64,000 bases of DNA, from positions 64,001 to 128,000 of the forward strand of contig JBNKBE010000014.1 in assembly GCA_050287085.1 (NCBI GenBank), in the 5' to 3' direction. Position numbers and translations under genes: made by a program. The notes beneath the pieces were generated by a model. That model was not told the origin of the DNA. It saw only the letters and a list, made by a program, of their open reading frames with translations, and ran no database searches. Source of the stretch: Polyangiaceae bacterium. GTDB taxonomy: Bacteria > Myxococcota_A > Polyangia > Polyangiales > Polyangiaceae. The number at the start of each line of letters is the position of its first letter. Position 1 is the stretch's first letter. Below are positions 1 to 10,412 of this stretch, in pieces.

Positions 1-3000
1 GATCCGCGCTATGAACTAGCGCGCGACGGCTTGCAACGGCTGCTCGACGAAGAGTCAGTCCGCTACATGGCGGCGGAAACACTTGCCGGAGCCTACGAAG
101 CCGCCGACGAATGGCAACTCTTGCTCGACATCGCCGAGACGCGTCTCAACGCGGAGCCGAATCCGACGTCTCGACAAGCCATCTTGCTGCAGGCCGCCGA
201 GCTATTGGAACAGAAGGCAGACAACAGCCCGGAAGCCCTGAAGTACGTCGAGCGCGCCTTCTCGATACACCCGCTAGCCCAGATCGAGGAGCGGATGGTG
301 TCGCTTGCCGAGAGCACCAACAATTGGGAGACGGCTGTCAGCGGGTACCAGCGCGCGCTACGCCACTGCGACGACCTCGCCCGCACCACCGAGCTATTGT
401 ACGAACAAGGTCGGACGCTCGAGATTCACCTCCGGAGCTACGATGGCGCCCTTGGCGCGTACGTTCGGATTCTGGAGTTGGAACCAGAACACGGCAGGGC
501 GGCTTGTGCGGCAGTGCGCAGCGCCGGTCACCTAGGTCAGTGGTCTAGCGTGGGCTGGGCCATATTGCGCTCGGCAGCTGCGGCCAAAGCCCTGTCACCT
601 GAGCTGCTCGACGAATTCGAACGCTCCGCGGCCCTCCATGACGCATGGGTAGCGGCGCTCGCCGCACTGCGGGAGGCGATTGACATTAGTGCCGACCCCA
701 ACAATACCGCTGGGCTGGAGCCGCTTACTCCGCGCACTTCCCACGACGTTAAGTTCCAGCTTGCAAGGTGGTATGCCGAGCAAGTCTCGGACCCGCTCAA
801 CGCCGAAACGGTGCTAGCAGAGGCGGTCACCGAACACAAATCGGAACCTAGCCTGAGAATGCTGTGCGGCCTTCGCCGACAAGCGCCCGGACGTCCTCTG
901 GTCGCCAGTTTGCTAGAGCTGGCGGAAGTCGTGGACGAGCCCCTGTCGTCGTTCGCTGAAGCCTCGAGAGTGGCACAAGATGTTGTCGCCGATCCCGAGT
1001 TATCAACCCCAATCTTGCATCGAACCCTTGAGCTTGCAGACGCCAAGCTAAGTGAAGGACCCACCGAGGATCTCCAGGCCACCGCTACTTGGTGCGTCCA
1101 ACAACTGGTCGCGGTGTACAGCTCCAGCGAGCGTCACGCTAAAGCACTCGAGGTGCTGGAGCATAGCTCCACCATGAATATCGGAAGCGAACTCCAGCTA
1201 GACTTCCGGCATCAGGCGGCCGAACTCGCAGCTGGACCGCTTGCCAACCCCACACGCGCCATCGCGCTCTGCAAACAAGTGCTCGAACGCGATCCGGCGC
1301 GAAGCAGCACCATTGGTTTGCTGGCTGGACTCTACGAGGCCGAAAATCAGCTACCCGAGTTGTTGGAGCTCCGGCAGCACGAACTGAAGCTGAAACCGTC
1401 CCTAGAGCGACGGCTAGAATTGCGTCTGGACGTGGCGCGCGTTCTGGGAGCGCTCAACAAGCCTCAAGGACAGCAGCTCGAGCGCTTGACCGCCAATCTG
1501 GAAGAAGCTCCCGGACATGAGGCAACACTTGAGGCGCTGAGCGGCCTGTACACGGAGCTCGGGCAGTTTGACAAGCTCTACAAATTGTTGAGCGCGCAGG
1601 CGGAACGACTCGTCGATGCGAAGGATGAGCCCCGCGCTGCCGCGCTATACGCTCGAGCGGGCGAACTCGCTGAGCAAAGTCTCGAAAGTGCCGCCGCAGC
1701 GCTGAAGGCGTACGGTCTATCCGCTGCGCTGGCCCCTTCGGTGGTCGTTTTGGATCGCTTGGCCGCGTTGAATGAAGACCGAGAAGAGTTCCCGACCGCC
1801 GTCAAGTGGCTCGACCAGCGGCTCGAACTCACGCCCAGCGACGATCTCGAAGCTAAACGAACGACGCTTGTTCGGTTGGGCAAGGCGCTAGCCTGCGCAG
1901 GTCACTCCGAGCGAGCCATCTCCGAGCTGAGCCAGGGCCTAGCCAGCGACGAGGCAGCAGAAGAAGTCCGCGAATTGCTCGCGACCCTCCACGAAGAGCG
2001 TCGCCAATGGGCGGAGCTGGCCAACGTACTGGCGTCCGGCGTCCCATTCGCGAAGCATCAGGAGACACGCATGCGGTACCTCACAAGGGCCGCTGAAATC
2101 CGCTGGCACAAGCTGGGCGACGTCGCCGCCGCAAGTCCATTGCTCGCCGATGCGCTGGACCTCGATCCAGACGACAAGCAGCTCAAGCTTGAGCTCGCCG
2201 AGGCCTGGCGTCTAGAAAAGCGTTACGATGAGTCAAAATCGCTGCTCGACGCGCTGCTGACGGAGTTCGGAAGACGCCGGACACCGGAGCGCGCGACTGT
2301 GCACTTTCAGCTTGCGCAGATTGCGCGCGCTCAGAGCCAACTCGACCAGGCGCTGTCGCAACTCGATGCGGCTTCGACGATCCAGCGCAGCGATCCATTG
2401 ATTCTCAAGACTCTGGGCGACGTGGCTCGAGAGAACGGCGAGCTCGACCGCGCGGAACGCGCATACCGCGCCTTGCTGCTCTTGGTCTCCCGCGGCGACG
2501 CGTCCGTCGCCAGTCGTTCCGATATCGGCTCTAGCTCGATATTGTTTGAACTCTACCGCCTCGCAACCGACAAGGATGACACAGAACGAGCGCGGGACCT
2601 GTTGGAATCGGCGCTCGAAGCAGCCGACGAAAACCCCGTGGAAGCTCGTCGCCTGGAAAAGGCCTTGGCTCAGGCCGGCAAGTGGGAGCTGCTACTGGAA
2701 GCCGTGGCGCGGCGGGCGTCCGCAGCGGAGAGCACCGACGAGCAACTGGAAATCGGCAAGCTTAGGGCACGAGCGTTGAAGGAGCTCGGGCGCTATGACG
2801 CGGCCTACACTCTGTGCGCGGACTTGTTGCCGGACGTGCCCGAGGATGAGGAGTTGTTCAACCTGACCTCGGAGTTGGCAACACTCAGTTCGAACACGGA
2901 TATGCTTCGGGCTCTGGTAGCGCGGGTGGCAGCCGCCCAAGAAACGAAGGCCCCAGAACTCGCCTGCCAACTTTGGCTGCAGCTGGGCGCCGCCGTTGAG

Positions 3001-5946
3001 GCTGACGGCGCCATGCAACTCGCTGCCGAGTACTATCAGGCAGCTCAAAGAACGGGGCGGAAACCCAAAGCCAGCTTCGAGGCGCTCGCCCACGTTCTCG
3101 AGACTCTGGGCGACCGTGACGCCTTGATCAGCGCTTTGAATCGGCTGCTCGAAACCGATGAAGGAGCTCTGGGCCAGAAATATGTCGTGGCTGCCCGCTA
3201 TCGGCTCGCAAGCTTGGCCTTGCAGGAACCAAGCCGAGCCGAAGCTGGCGTCCAGTTCTTGGCGGAAGCGCTGCAGGTTGCTCCAGATTGGCAACAGGCC
3301 TATGAGCTACTTGTGAGCTCAGCTGCGTCTGTCCGCGACAGCGAGCTCGCCGCCGAACTCCTGATGCATGCCGCCGAACGATTGGGAAGTCCCGAACACC
3401 AACTGGAGGCCGCCCTCCTGATCGCAAGGACCCCGTTTTCGACCCTTGAGCAGTTGGAAACGGCATGTCGGCACGCGCGCCATCTGGAACGCGGGGATGA
3501 TGAGCTCACCTTATTGGAAGCGGCCGTCGCCCTCGGAAAGCAAGCGGGCGACCGCGGCCAAGCGCGCTGGGCGTTGTCACGCCTGTCCGCGCGCCGAATC
3601 GAACGAGGCGAATACCAACCGGCAGCCTCTTTGCTCGAGGCTTGTGTCGCCGACGCCGAAGGCGACGCGCGCATCGAGTACGCCACTCAGCTGGCCGAGC
3701 TACAGCGCACCCAACTGGGCAGCCCCATGCTAGCGGCGACCACCTATGAGAAGCTTGCCGCTGAGTTTCCGGAAGACCCGCGTGCATGGCAGCCCCTGCT
3801 GCAGATCTATCGAGAGCATGATGCGCGAGAGCCACTCGAAGCTTGTCTAGCGCGAGCCGAAGCACACGTTGTGGACGAGTCCGAGCGACTGCTCCTTCAA
3901 CTCGAGCGTCTGCGCTTGATGATCGAGGGTGGCAACTACGATACCGCCGAGCGTGCCCTGCGAACTTTGATGGCACGCCGTCCGGACAGCGCGGAAGTGG
4001 GTGACCTACTGATCGAGCTCTTGGAGAAGACGGAGCGTCCCGCAGCGATCCGCTCTCTGCTCCAGGAACGACTGGAATACGCCGCCGCCAATCAGCTCGA
4101 TGAGTTGGTTGTAGCGTGCGCATTGCGATTGGGAGCCATGCTCGAGCAAGACAATGACGTCCCCGGCGCCGTCGATGTCTACCGCAACGCACGCAATAGT
4201 GTCAGTGGCGATCGCCTGCTGTTGAGCGCACTGCTACGCCTTGTCCCCGAAGGCGAACAACATGAACGCGCCGACCTGCTGGAAAGCTTGTTGCCCACTG
4301 AAAGCCCAGAGGCGGTCGAGCAGGTTGCGCTGAAGCTCGCCGGGCTGCGCACCGAGTTGAACGACGAAACGGGTATGGAGCGAGCTCTAGAACTGGGGTT
4401 CAAGCTCAACCCAAAGAGCGCTGAATTGCGCGATCGCCTGGAACAATGGTATCTCGACCGCGAGGACTGGTTGCCCCTAGCCGAGCTGATGACGCTGGAC
4501 GCCGAAACGCTCCCTGAATCGGCGGAGGCGCTGCTGCGTTTCCAGCAAGCAGCCCAAATCTACGACGACAAGCTCGGCGATGCCGTATCGGCGGCAAACG
4601 TGCTGAAGCTTGCGTTGAAGCGAGCGCCGACGTCACCGCAGGTGCTCGAGCTATTCGCGCAGTACCAGCTAACAGCGGGAGCCGGCGAACTGGCCCTTGA
4701 TGCCATCACAGACGCCCTCGTACACGATGACATCAGCGACGAGAGCCGCGCACTGCTGCATCACCTACGGGCCGCGGTGCGAGCCCGTTCCGACGAACAC
4801 TCGCTGACAGCGGTAGCTCGCGCCGTGGCGGACCTCGATCGCGCCAGAGAGCTCGGGGGGCAAGAGCTGGACGATGACCTTCAAGCTCTACTGCTGCGCC
4901 AACGAGAGCTTGCCGAAATGGAGGGGAACGCCGACATGGAGCGTGGCCTGGTCGTCCGCCTGGCAGACTTCATGTTGGAGCGAGAGCTTGCCAACGAGGC
5001 TCGGGATGTCTTGGGACACTGGGTCAAGCGTCACGCAGAAGACAAAGAGAGTGCAGTGCGCTGGGCCAAGCTGAGCATGGATCTCAGCCACTGGCACGAT
5101 GCGATGGCCGCATATCGGCTCTTGTTCGGCCTCACGACGGGGGACCAACGACGCGAGGCTGCAATCCACTTTGCCGAGGCCTGTGAACACGCGGGTGTCC
5201 CAATGACGGCGCGGGACATTCTGCTTGAGGCGCGACGAGAGTTTGCGCTCGATACGGAACTCCAGGAGCGGGTGTTTCGTATGTACGACACCGCTGGCGC
5301 CCAGGCGGAGCTCGCCCGAATTCTGCTCGACGAAGCTCAAGAGGCTAGCGATTCCGATGTACGTTACGCCCTCTTTGCCAACGCTGGAGCCCTGCTGTTG
5401 AGAAGCCAAGAGCCGAGCGAACTCGGCGTAGAAGCATTCAAAGAAGCGCTCGCATTGCGAGCGGATGACCATGCCGCCCTCGTGGGCCTCGCCAACTCCT
5501 ACACCAGGGTGGGACAGATCGCCGAAGCATGCTCCTTGCTGGAAGAAGCGATCAAGCTGCATGGCAAGCGTCGCTCGCCGGAGTTATCCGAACTGCAACA
5601 CGCCATGGCCAATGTGGCCGACGCCGCGGGGGACGACGAGGGGCGTTTTGCGTGGCTCGATGCGGCTCTACAAAGCGACCGACGCAACGGCGCGGTAGCG
5701 TCGGAACTGGCCGCCTTCGCCATGGAGCGGGGTGAATACGATGCGGCGCTGCTCGCCCTACAACGCATCGTGGGTATGCGAGAGGACTGCCCCATGAGCC
5801 GCGCAGAGGCCTATTTGCGACAAGGGATGATCGCTCAAGAGCGCGGCGACAAGAAGAAGGCGCTGCTGCTTGCCAAGCGAGCTCTCAGCATGGACGCCGA
5901 CTATGAGCCAGCGGTGCAGTTTCTCGAACAACTTGGTCGCGTGTAG
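1..5946 (+). CDS. Giant tetratricopeptide-repeat protein, 5'-truncated by the window edge; architecture like myxobacterial AgmK-type TPR scaffolds
   Basis: The frame is open from base 1 (DPRYELARDGLQR...) to TAG at 5944-5946. More than 1970 aa of Ala/Leu/Glu-rich helical repeats with TPR signatures (e.g. ALGAYVRILELEPEH, AEAYLRQGMIAQERGDKKKALLLAKRALSMDADYEPA). Confidence 0.85.
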   Translation, partial: DPRYELARDGLQRLLDEESVRYMAAETLAGAYEAADEWQLLLDIAETRLNAEPNPTSRQAILLQAAELLEQKADNSPEALKYVERAFSIHPLAQIEERMVSLAESTNNWETAVSGYQRALRHCDDLARTTELLYEQGRTLEIHLRSYDGALGAYVRILELEPEHGRAACAAVRSAGHLGQWSSVGWAILRSAAAAKALSPELLDEFERSAALHDAWVAALAALREAIDISADPNNTAGLEPLTPRTSHDVKFQLARWYAEQVSDPLNAETVLAEAVTEHKSEPSLRMLCGLRRQAPGRPLVASLLELAEVVDEPLSSFAEASRVAQDVVADPELSTPILHRTLELADAKLSEGPTEDLQATATWCVQQLVAVYSSSERHAKALEVLEHSSTMNIGSELQLDFRHQAAELAAGPLANPTRAIALCKQVLERDPARSSTIGLLAGLYEAENQLPELLELRQHELKLKPSLERRLELRLDVARVLGALNKPQGQQLERLTANLEEAPGHEATLEALSGLYTELGQFDKLYKLLSAQAERLVDAKDEPRAAALYARAGELAEQSLESAAAALKAYGLSAALAPSVVVLDRLAALNEDREEFPTAVKWLDQRLELTPSDDLEAKRTTLVRLGKALACAGHSERAISELSQGLASDEAAEEVRELLATLHEERRQWAELANVLASGVPFAKHQETRMRYLTRAAEIRWHKLGDVAAASPLLADALDLDPDDKQLKLELAEAWRLEKRYDESKSLLDALLTEFGRRRTPERATVHFQLAQIARAQSQLDQALSQLDAASTIQRSDPLILKTLGDVARENGELDRAERAYRALLLLVSRGDASVASRSDIGSSSILFELYRLATDKDDTERARDLLESALEAADENPVEARRLEKALAQAGKWELLLEAVARRASAAESTDEQLEIGKLRARALKELGRYDAAYTLCADLLPDVPEDEELFNLTSELATLSSNTDMLRALVARVAAAQETKAPELACQLWLQLGAAVEADGAMQLAAEYYQAAQRTGRKPKASFEALAHVLETLGDRDALISALNRLLETDEGALGQKYVVAARYRLASLALQEPSRAEAGVQFLAEALQVAPDWQQAYELLVSSAASVRDSELAAELLMHAAERLGSPEHQLEAALLIARTPFSTLEQLETACRHARHLERGDDELTLLEAAVALGKQAGDRGQARWALSRLSARRIERGEYQPAASLLEACVADAEGDARIEYATQLAELQRTQLGSPMLAATTYEKLAAEFPEDPRAWQPLLQIYREHDAREPLEACLARAEAHVVDESERLLLQLERLRLMIEGGNYDTAERALRTLMARRPDSAEVGDLLIELLEKTERPAAIRSLLQERLEYAAANQLDELVVACALRLGAMLEQDNDVPGAVDVYRNARNSVSGDRLLLSALLRLVPEGEQHERADLLESLLPTESPEAVEQVALKLAGLRTELNDETGMERALELGFKLNPKSAELRDRLEQWYLDREDWLPLAELMTLDAETLPESAEALLRFQQAAQIYDDKLGDAVSAANVLKLALKRAPTSPQVLELFAQYQLTAGAGELALDAITDALVHDDISDESRALLHHLRAAVRARSDEHSLTAVARAVADLDRARELGGQELDDDLQALLLRQRELAEMEGNADMERGLVVRLADFMLERELANEARDVLGHWVKRHAEDKESAVRWAKLSMDLSHWHDAMAAYRLLFGLTTGDQRREAAIHFAEACEHAGVPMTARDILLEARREFALDTELQERVFRMYDTAGAQAELARILLDEAQEASDSDVRYALFANAGALLLRSQEPSELGVEAFKEALALRADDHAALVGLANSYTRVGQIAEACSLLEEAIKLHGKRRSPELSELQHAMANVADAAGDDEGRFAWLDAALQSDRRNGAVASELAAFAMERGEYDAALLALQRIVGMREDCPMSRAEAYLRQGMIAQERGDKKKALLLAKRALSMDADYEPAVQFLEQLGRV

Positions 5947-5998
5947 CCACGACTGACGCCAGGGCGTGTCGTTCGTCAACACGTCCTGGCCGAGAGCC

Positions 5999-7063
5999 CT
6001 ACTCTCGCTGTGAAAGAGCCGTCCACACCCTATCGTCGCCCAGCCGTTCTTCCACAGAAACGCCAAATGCCAACTCGAGGGGCGCAAAGAAACTCGGCTC
6101 AGCTACAAACACCTGACTCAACGCGGCCCGAGCCACGGCAACAGCGGCCTCGCTCATCAGTCCGAGCGGGGCGCGAAAGGTGGGCGACAACATGCCAAGT
6201 CCCGCCATTATCGTCTTGACCGGCACCGGATTGCGATAGCGGTCACTCGTCGGAAGCCGCCGCCCATCCGGCAACGTCCGCTCGGCGGCGCTTACGATCG
6301 TCAAGACTTGGAAGAGAGGCAACAGCGCTTGATGAATGTGCTCCGCTTTCTCACTGTTCCCCGCGCTCTGAGCGGAAACCAAGTCACAGAGTGCCCCCGG
6401 AACGATATTGGACATCACGCTGATGACCCCGGAAGCGCCGATTCCAGTGTCCTGCATCATGCGCAACGTGAGCTCATCGTCGCCCGACAGCACAGCGAGC
6501 GTAGGTCCGGCAGCCTCTCGATCGGCCCGCATTCGCTCGAGGTCACCGGTTGCCGACTTGAGTGCAGGCACGCGTTCCGGATACGTCAAATGCAGCAGGG
6601 CTACGTCCGCCGCCGACAAGGCACACCCCGTCCGCCCCGGAATGACGTATGGCACCACGGGAACCTCCGGTACCGCACCCAGCACTCGTTCATAATACTC
6701 GCGTCGCAGCTCAGCGGAGCTCGGACCATTGTAGTAGCAGTCCACCAATAACACGGCATCCGCGCCGCGCGACCACGCGTCGCGAGCACCCGCGATGGCC
6801 TCTTCCGTGCTGTTGCTGCCCGCGCCCGCCATGACGGACGCGCGTCCCCGCGCTCGCCGCACCGACAAGGCCACGGCTGCGCCGTGCTCTTCCCAGCTCA
6901 GGGTGGCGGACTCCCCCGTCGTACCGCAGGGCACCAGCCCCTGGACACCGGCGGCCAGCTGAAACTCGAGGAGCTTGGCAAATGTGGCGGCGTCAAAGCT
7001 CCCGTCCGAGGCAAATGGGGTGACCAGCGCGGTCCAAACACCACTGGGTCTAAACTGTGTCAT
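5999..7063 (-). CDS. dapA: 4-hydroxy-tetrahydrodipicolinate synthase (DapA family)
   Basis: GVWTALVTPF, GLVPCGTTGES, AGAGSNSTEEA, Y-x-IPGRTG, Schiff-base Lys in ALKSATGD, LSGDD, GVISVMSN and NPVPVK motifs. Start moved to ATG 7063 (MTQFRPSG). Confidence 0.9.
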   Translation of the reverse strand: MTQFRPSGVWTALVTPFASDGSFDAATFAKLLEFQLAAGVQGLVPCGTTGESATLSWEEHGAAVALSVRRARGRASVMAGAGSNSTEEAIAGARDAWSRGADAVLLVDCYYNGPSSAELRREYYERVLGAVPEVPVVPYVIPGRTGCALSAADVALLHLTYPERVPALKSATGDLERMRADREAAGPTLAVLSGDDELTLRMMQDTGIGASGVISVMSNIVPGALCDLVSAQSAGNSEKAEHIHQALLPLFQVLTIVSAAERTLPDGRRLPTSDRYRNPVPVKTIMAGLGMLSPTFRAPLGLMSEAAVAVARAALSQVFVAEPSFFAPLELAFGVSVEERLGDDRVWTALSQRE

Positions 7064-7322
7064 CGTCAGATAGCCTTTCGCGAGCCTCGCCAGCTTTGGC
7101 GGCGCGTTCGACCTGTCCAACGCCGGCCCAGGGCGATTGCGAGGCCCCGGGCGGTGATTGGGAGAACGAGCGACGACGCGCTTTCGCTGAATCGGCGCCC
7201 GAAGTACCACAACGGGCCGAAAGTTCAAGCACGACCATGGCGCAGCACCAAGTCGACGAGGGGACGAGCCCAACACCGTTCCCTAGCCCGACGGCTGCTC
7301 GACCCCCGCAGACAAGACCAGC

Positions 7323-9764
7323 CTAGCGTGACGCATGGAGGTGCAAAGGCAACCGGGGCTCACGCTCATCAGGCCGCCCGTAAATGAATCGATAGACACC
7401 GCGACTCGCCAACACGCGTTTGGTGTAGCGCCGCGTCTCGCGAAAGGGGATCAACTCCACCCACAGATCAAAGTCGACATCTGGACGCTCCTGCAGCCAC
7501 CGCTTGGGACGCCCAGGACCGGCGTTGTACCCGGGAACGCCAAGCAGCGGGTTGTCCGGGAAGCGATCGGTGAAGCTGCGAAGCGCTGCGGCACCGAGTT
7601 GAATGTTGACGCTTGGCCGCTTCAGTGCGGCCGCTGACCATGGCAGCTTCTGCTGTCGAGCAAAGTGCTTGGCCGTCGGACGGATAAGCTGCATGAGCCC
7701 ATACGCGTCAGCGTGGCTGACCACCTTGGGATTGAACCCGGACTCCTCTCGCATGACAGCATAGATCAGTGCTTCGTCGAGCTCATGCTTCTCGGCGGCG
7801 CGAGTCACCACGTCGTGATAGGGGCGCGGAAACGCCAGCTCCCATGCCTCGCGCCAAGTCCCGACCGGCCAGCGACCGAGCCAATCGATGAGCCTCCCCC
7901 GAACTAGCTTGTGAGCGCGCTCAGTAGCACCAGCGCGAGCGTAGAGAAGAGCCGCACGCCACAAGTCTTCTGTCTCTTTCCCCGCGTTGCGACCGAACTC
8001 CGCTTCGGCCCAGTCCAATTCCCCGACGCGCAGCAGCGACAGACCGCGCTCGAACGACGCGTCGTCGGGGAGCGGCGAATCCGAGTCAAAAGGATGCAGC
8101 TCATGCTCGGACAGGGCGGCCTGGAGCGACGCAGCTGCACGTTCCGCAGACACCGCGCGAAGTTGCGAATATGCAAGTTGCATGTAGAAGGACAACGGTT
8201 GCTCCCGGACGAGTCGTTCGAACTCATCTAGGCCTCGCTCGACTTCCCCCGTGCTGATCCAGGAGCGGGCCAGAAAGTAGCGTTCGCGCCCCGCATACTC
8301 GTGATCGCGACTGACGTCCGCGCGGCGCGCCTGCTTCTCTACAGTCCCAAGAACTTGCCCCGCAGTCGCCCAATCACCCCGGTCCATGTAGCGCAGCGCG
8401 AGCTGAAAGACCCCATCCAGAACCATGTCACCCTCGGGGTAGACCGACGGGAGTTCTGCTAGTAGCTGCGTGAAACGAGATTCATCGCCTAGCTCGAGAT
8501 ATGAGTCGGCGCGACGAATGCGAGAGTCATCCGCCAAGGAGCTAGCGGGGAAGCGGCGTTCGAGCATCTCGTAGTGACGAACCGCCTCCGCATAGCGCTC
8601 TGCAATCTGCGCATTCTTGCCAGCTAGGAAGAGCACCTTGGGCCCCAACTCGTCATCGCGGCAGCGAGTGGCTGAGGCCGCAAGGACAGTCGCGGCTTCG
8701 GCAAAACGCCGAGTTCCGGCCAAGGCCTTGCCGCGCAGGTAGTGGACCTCACAGGTCGACTCGGAGCCCTGCTGCGCTCCGACATCCCGAAGCAGATCGT
8801 CAGCGGCAGCAAGTGCGTCCTCGTAGTCCGCACCCGATACCAGAGCACGAAGACGCACTAGCTGGTCGGCACGACTCAGAGCCTGGTGCTGGGCAAAGAG
8901 TTTGGGCGGCATGCGAGCCAACACGGTCATTTCCAATTGGGCGGCCCGTTTGCCCAGCTTAGAGCCCGGCGCACGCAGAGCGACTGCACGCAGATGAGCC
9001 AGAGCGCGGGCCAGCACAACCTGCGTGGCCTTGTCTTCCACCCCGTCCGTGCTTTCACTCAGCGAGCCAAGCAGCGCCTCGGCCAGTCTGAGATGAACGC
9101 GAAGATTGATGGAATCTGCGGTGGGCACAGAAAGCAAGCTCTCTAGTTCGCCACGGGCCGCGTCAAAGTGCTCGCTTGCAAGCCACGCCTCGGCAAGCCA
9201 GAGCCGCGCAGTAGGGCCCACTGGACTCGCCACGTCAACCGCCAGCAGCTGCGGTATCGCCCGATCGCGTGCACCAGTCGCTAGCGCGGCTTGCCCCGCG
9301 TAGGTCCGAGCATAGTCTGCGAGCAGCTTCTCCTCAGAAAGGTAGCGCTCGAAGTTGACCAGCGCTTCTCCGTTCTCCCCGGCTAGCAAGTGCAAGCGCC
9401 CGAGCAAGAACTTGGGCTCCGCCGCATCCTGCAGGCCCTGAGCCTTTAGGGCAAGCGCGTACAACCTCGCCGCATCGCTGTACCGGTCCTCAGCAACACA
9501 CTGCCGCACCTCGGCAAAAGCGTCGTCGTCAAGCAGCCCTCGAAAACGAGCCGTGGTGGTCCTCGCGGGCCCCGGACCCGGCGGCGGCTTAGCGGGCGTC
9601 GAGTCCTGCACGAGGGGTCGCGGTAGGCCCCGTGTTTCCGGAGGCGGTTGCGGAGCAGAACAGCCAGTGCCGACGACCCACGCCGCAAGCGACCAAGCCA
9701 CAAGCGACCAAGCCCCAAGGCGAACTGCCGCTCGCTGGCCCCATATCCAGGCGACCGCGCTCAT
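7323..9764 (-). CDS. TPR-containing soluble lytic transglycosylase (Slt70-like), probable lipoprotein
   Basis: C-terminal SLT motifs AVMREESGF, AYGLMQL, NIQLG, YNAGPG, IPFRETRRY; TPR-like helical repeats; N-terminal hydrophobic stretch ending in GTGC. Confidence 0.9.
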   Translation of the reverse strand: MSAVAWIWGQRAAVRLGAWSLVAWSLAAWVVGTGCSAPQPPPETRGLPRPLVQDSTPAKPPPGPGPARTTTARFRGLLDDDAFAEVRQCVAEDRYSDAARLYALALKAQGLQDAAEPKFLLGRLHLLAGENGEALVNFERYLSEEKLLADYARTYAGQAALATGARDRAIPQLLAVDVASPVGPTARLWLAEAWLASEHFDAARGELESLLSVPTADSINLRVHLRLAEALLGSLSESTDGVEDKATQVVLARALAHLRAVALRAPGSKLGKRAAQLEMTVLARMPPKLFAQHQALSRADQLVRLRALVSGADYEDALAAADDLLRDVGAQQGSESTCEVHYLRGKALAGTRRFAEAATVLAASATRCRDDELGPKVLFLAGKNAQIAERYAEAVRHYEMLERRFPASSLADDSRIRRADSYLELGDESRFTQLLAELPSVYPEGDMVLDGVFQLALRYMDRGDWATAGQVLGTVEKQARRADVSRDHEYAGRERYFLARSWISTGEVERGLDEFERLVREQPLSFYMQLAYSQLRAVSAERAAASLQAALSEHELHPFDSDSPLPDDASFERGLSLLRVGELDWAEAEFGRNAGKETEDLWRAALLYARAGATERAHKLVRGRLIDWLGRWPVGTWREAWELAFPRPYHDVVTRAAEKHELDEALIYAVMREESGFNPKVVSHADAYGLMQLIRPTAKHFARQQKLPWSAAALKRPSVNIQLGAAALRSFTDRFPDNPLLGVPGYNAGPGRPKRWLQERPDVDFDLWVELIPFRETRRYTKRVLASRGVYRFIYGRPDEREPRLPLHLHASR

Positions 9765-10222
9765 ATGCGCCTCGCTCGGAAAGCGTCGGCCACTTCTTCC
9801 TCGACTGCAGCTTGTTGCTCGTTGTCAGCCGTGCGACGCGCCCGCGTGTTGTAGTTCGCGACAACGCGATGAGCAGCATGCGCCGCTGCCACCGACGCAT
9901 GCGCCTGCGCGTAGCCTTCACCGCTGACGCGCACCAGAGCCGCCGCGCGCTCACACTCGCCGGAAAGCTGCTGCAGGCGAATCTCTTCCGCTCGCTGAAA
10001 GTGCGCCAGGGCTTGAAGGTCTTCCGCGTTGAGCTCGTCACGTTGAAGTTCACCACGCCGGGCCTCCAACAATTGTCGCTCGGCCTCGCCGCGGAACCGA
10101 CGCGCGGCCTCTTCGGCTGCAATCGCTCTCTCAGCCGCCGCTGCGGCCAAACGCAACTCCTCCTTGGCCGCGGAGAGCTGATGACCCCGCAGTCGCTCCA
10201 GCGCCGAAAGCGACGGCTTCAT
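9761..10222 (-). CDS. Coiled-coil protein, FliJ/SctO(YscO)-like
   Basis: 153 aa, entirely helical; LSALERLR N-terminus and E-rich C-terminal helix (QQAAVEEEVAD) recall FliJ/YscO. ATGA overlap with the SLT gene at 9761-9764. Confidence 0.55.
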   Translation of the reverse strand: MKPSLSALERLRGHQLSAAKEELRLAAAAAERAIAAEEAARRFRGEAERQLLEARRGELQRDELNAEDLQALAHFQRAEEIRLQQLSGECERAAALVRVSGEGYAQAHASVAAAHAAHRVVANYNTRARRTADNEQQAAVEEEVADAFRARRI

Positions 10223-10412
10223 GGCGGTGAGTGTAGCGCGAAGCGCCGCCTAAAAGCGACCATTTGACGATTCTAGCTTGTCTTGCAACGGCTCTGAGGG
10301 CGCAGCTCCAAGCACGGCCACACTGCATCCCCCCAATGGGCCAGGAGAGCACTCTTTTCTCCGCCACGCTCAAGCGAAAACAGCAGGCAGATCGCGGTCT
10401 CGAGCTCGCTCG

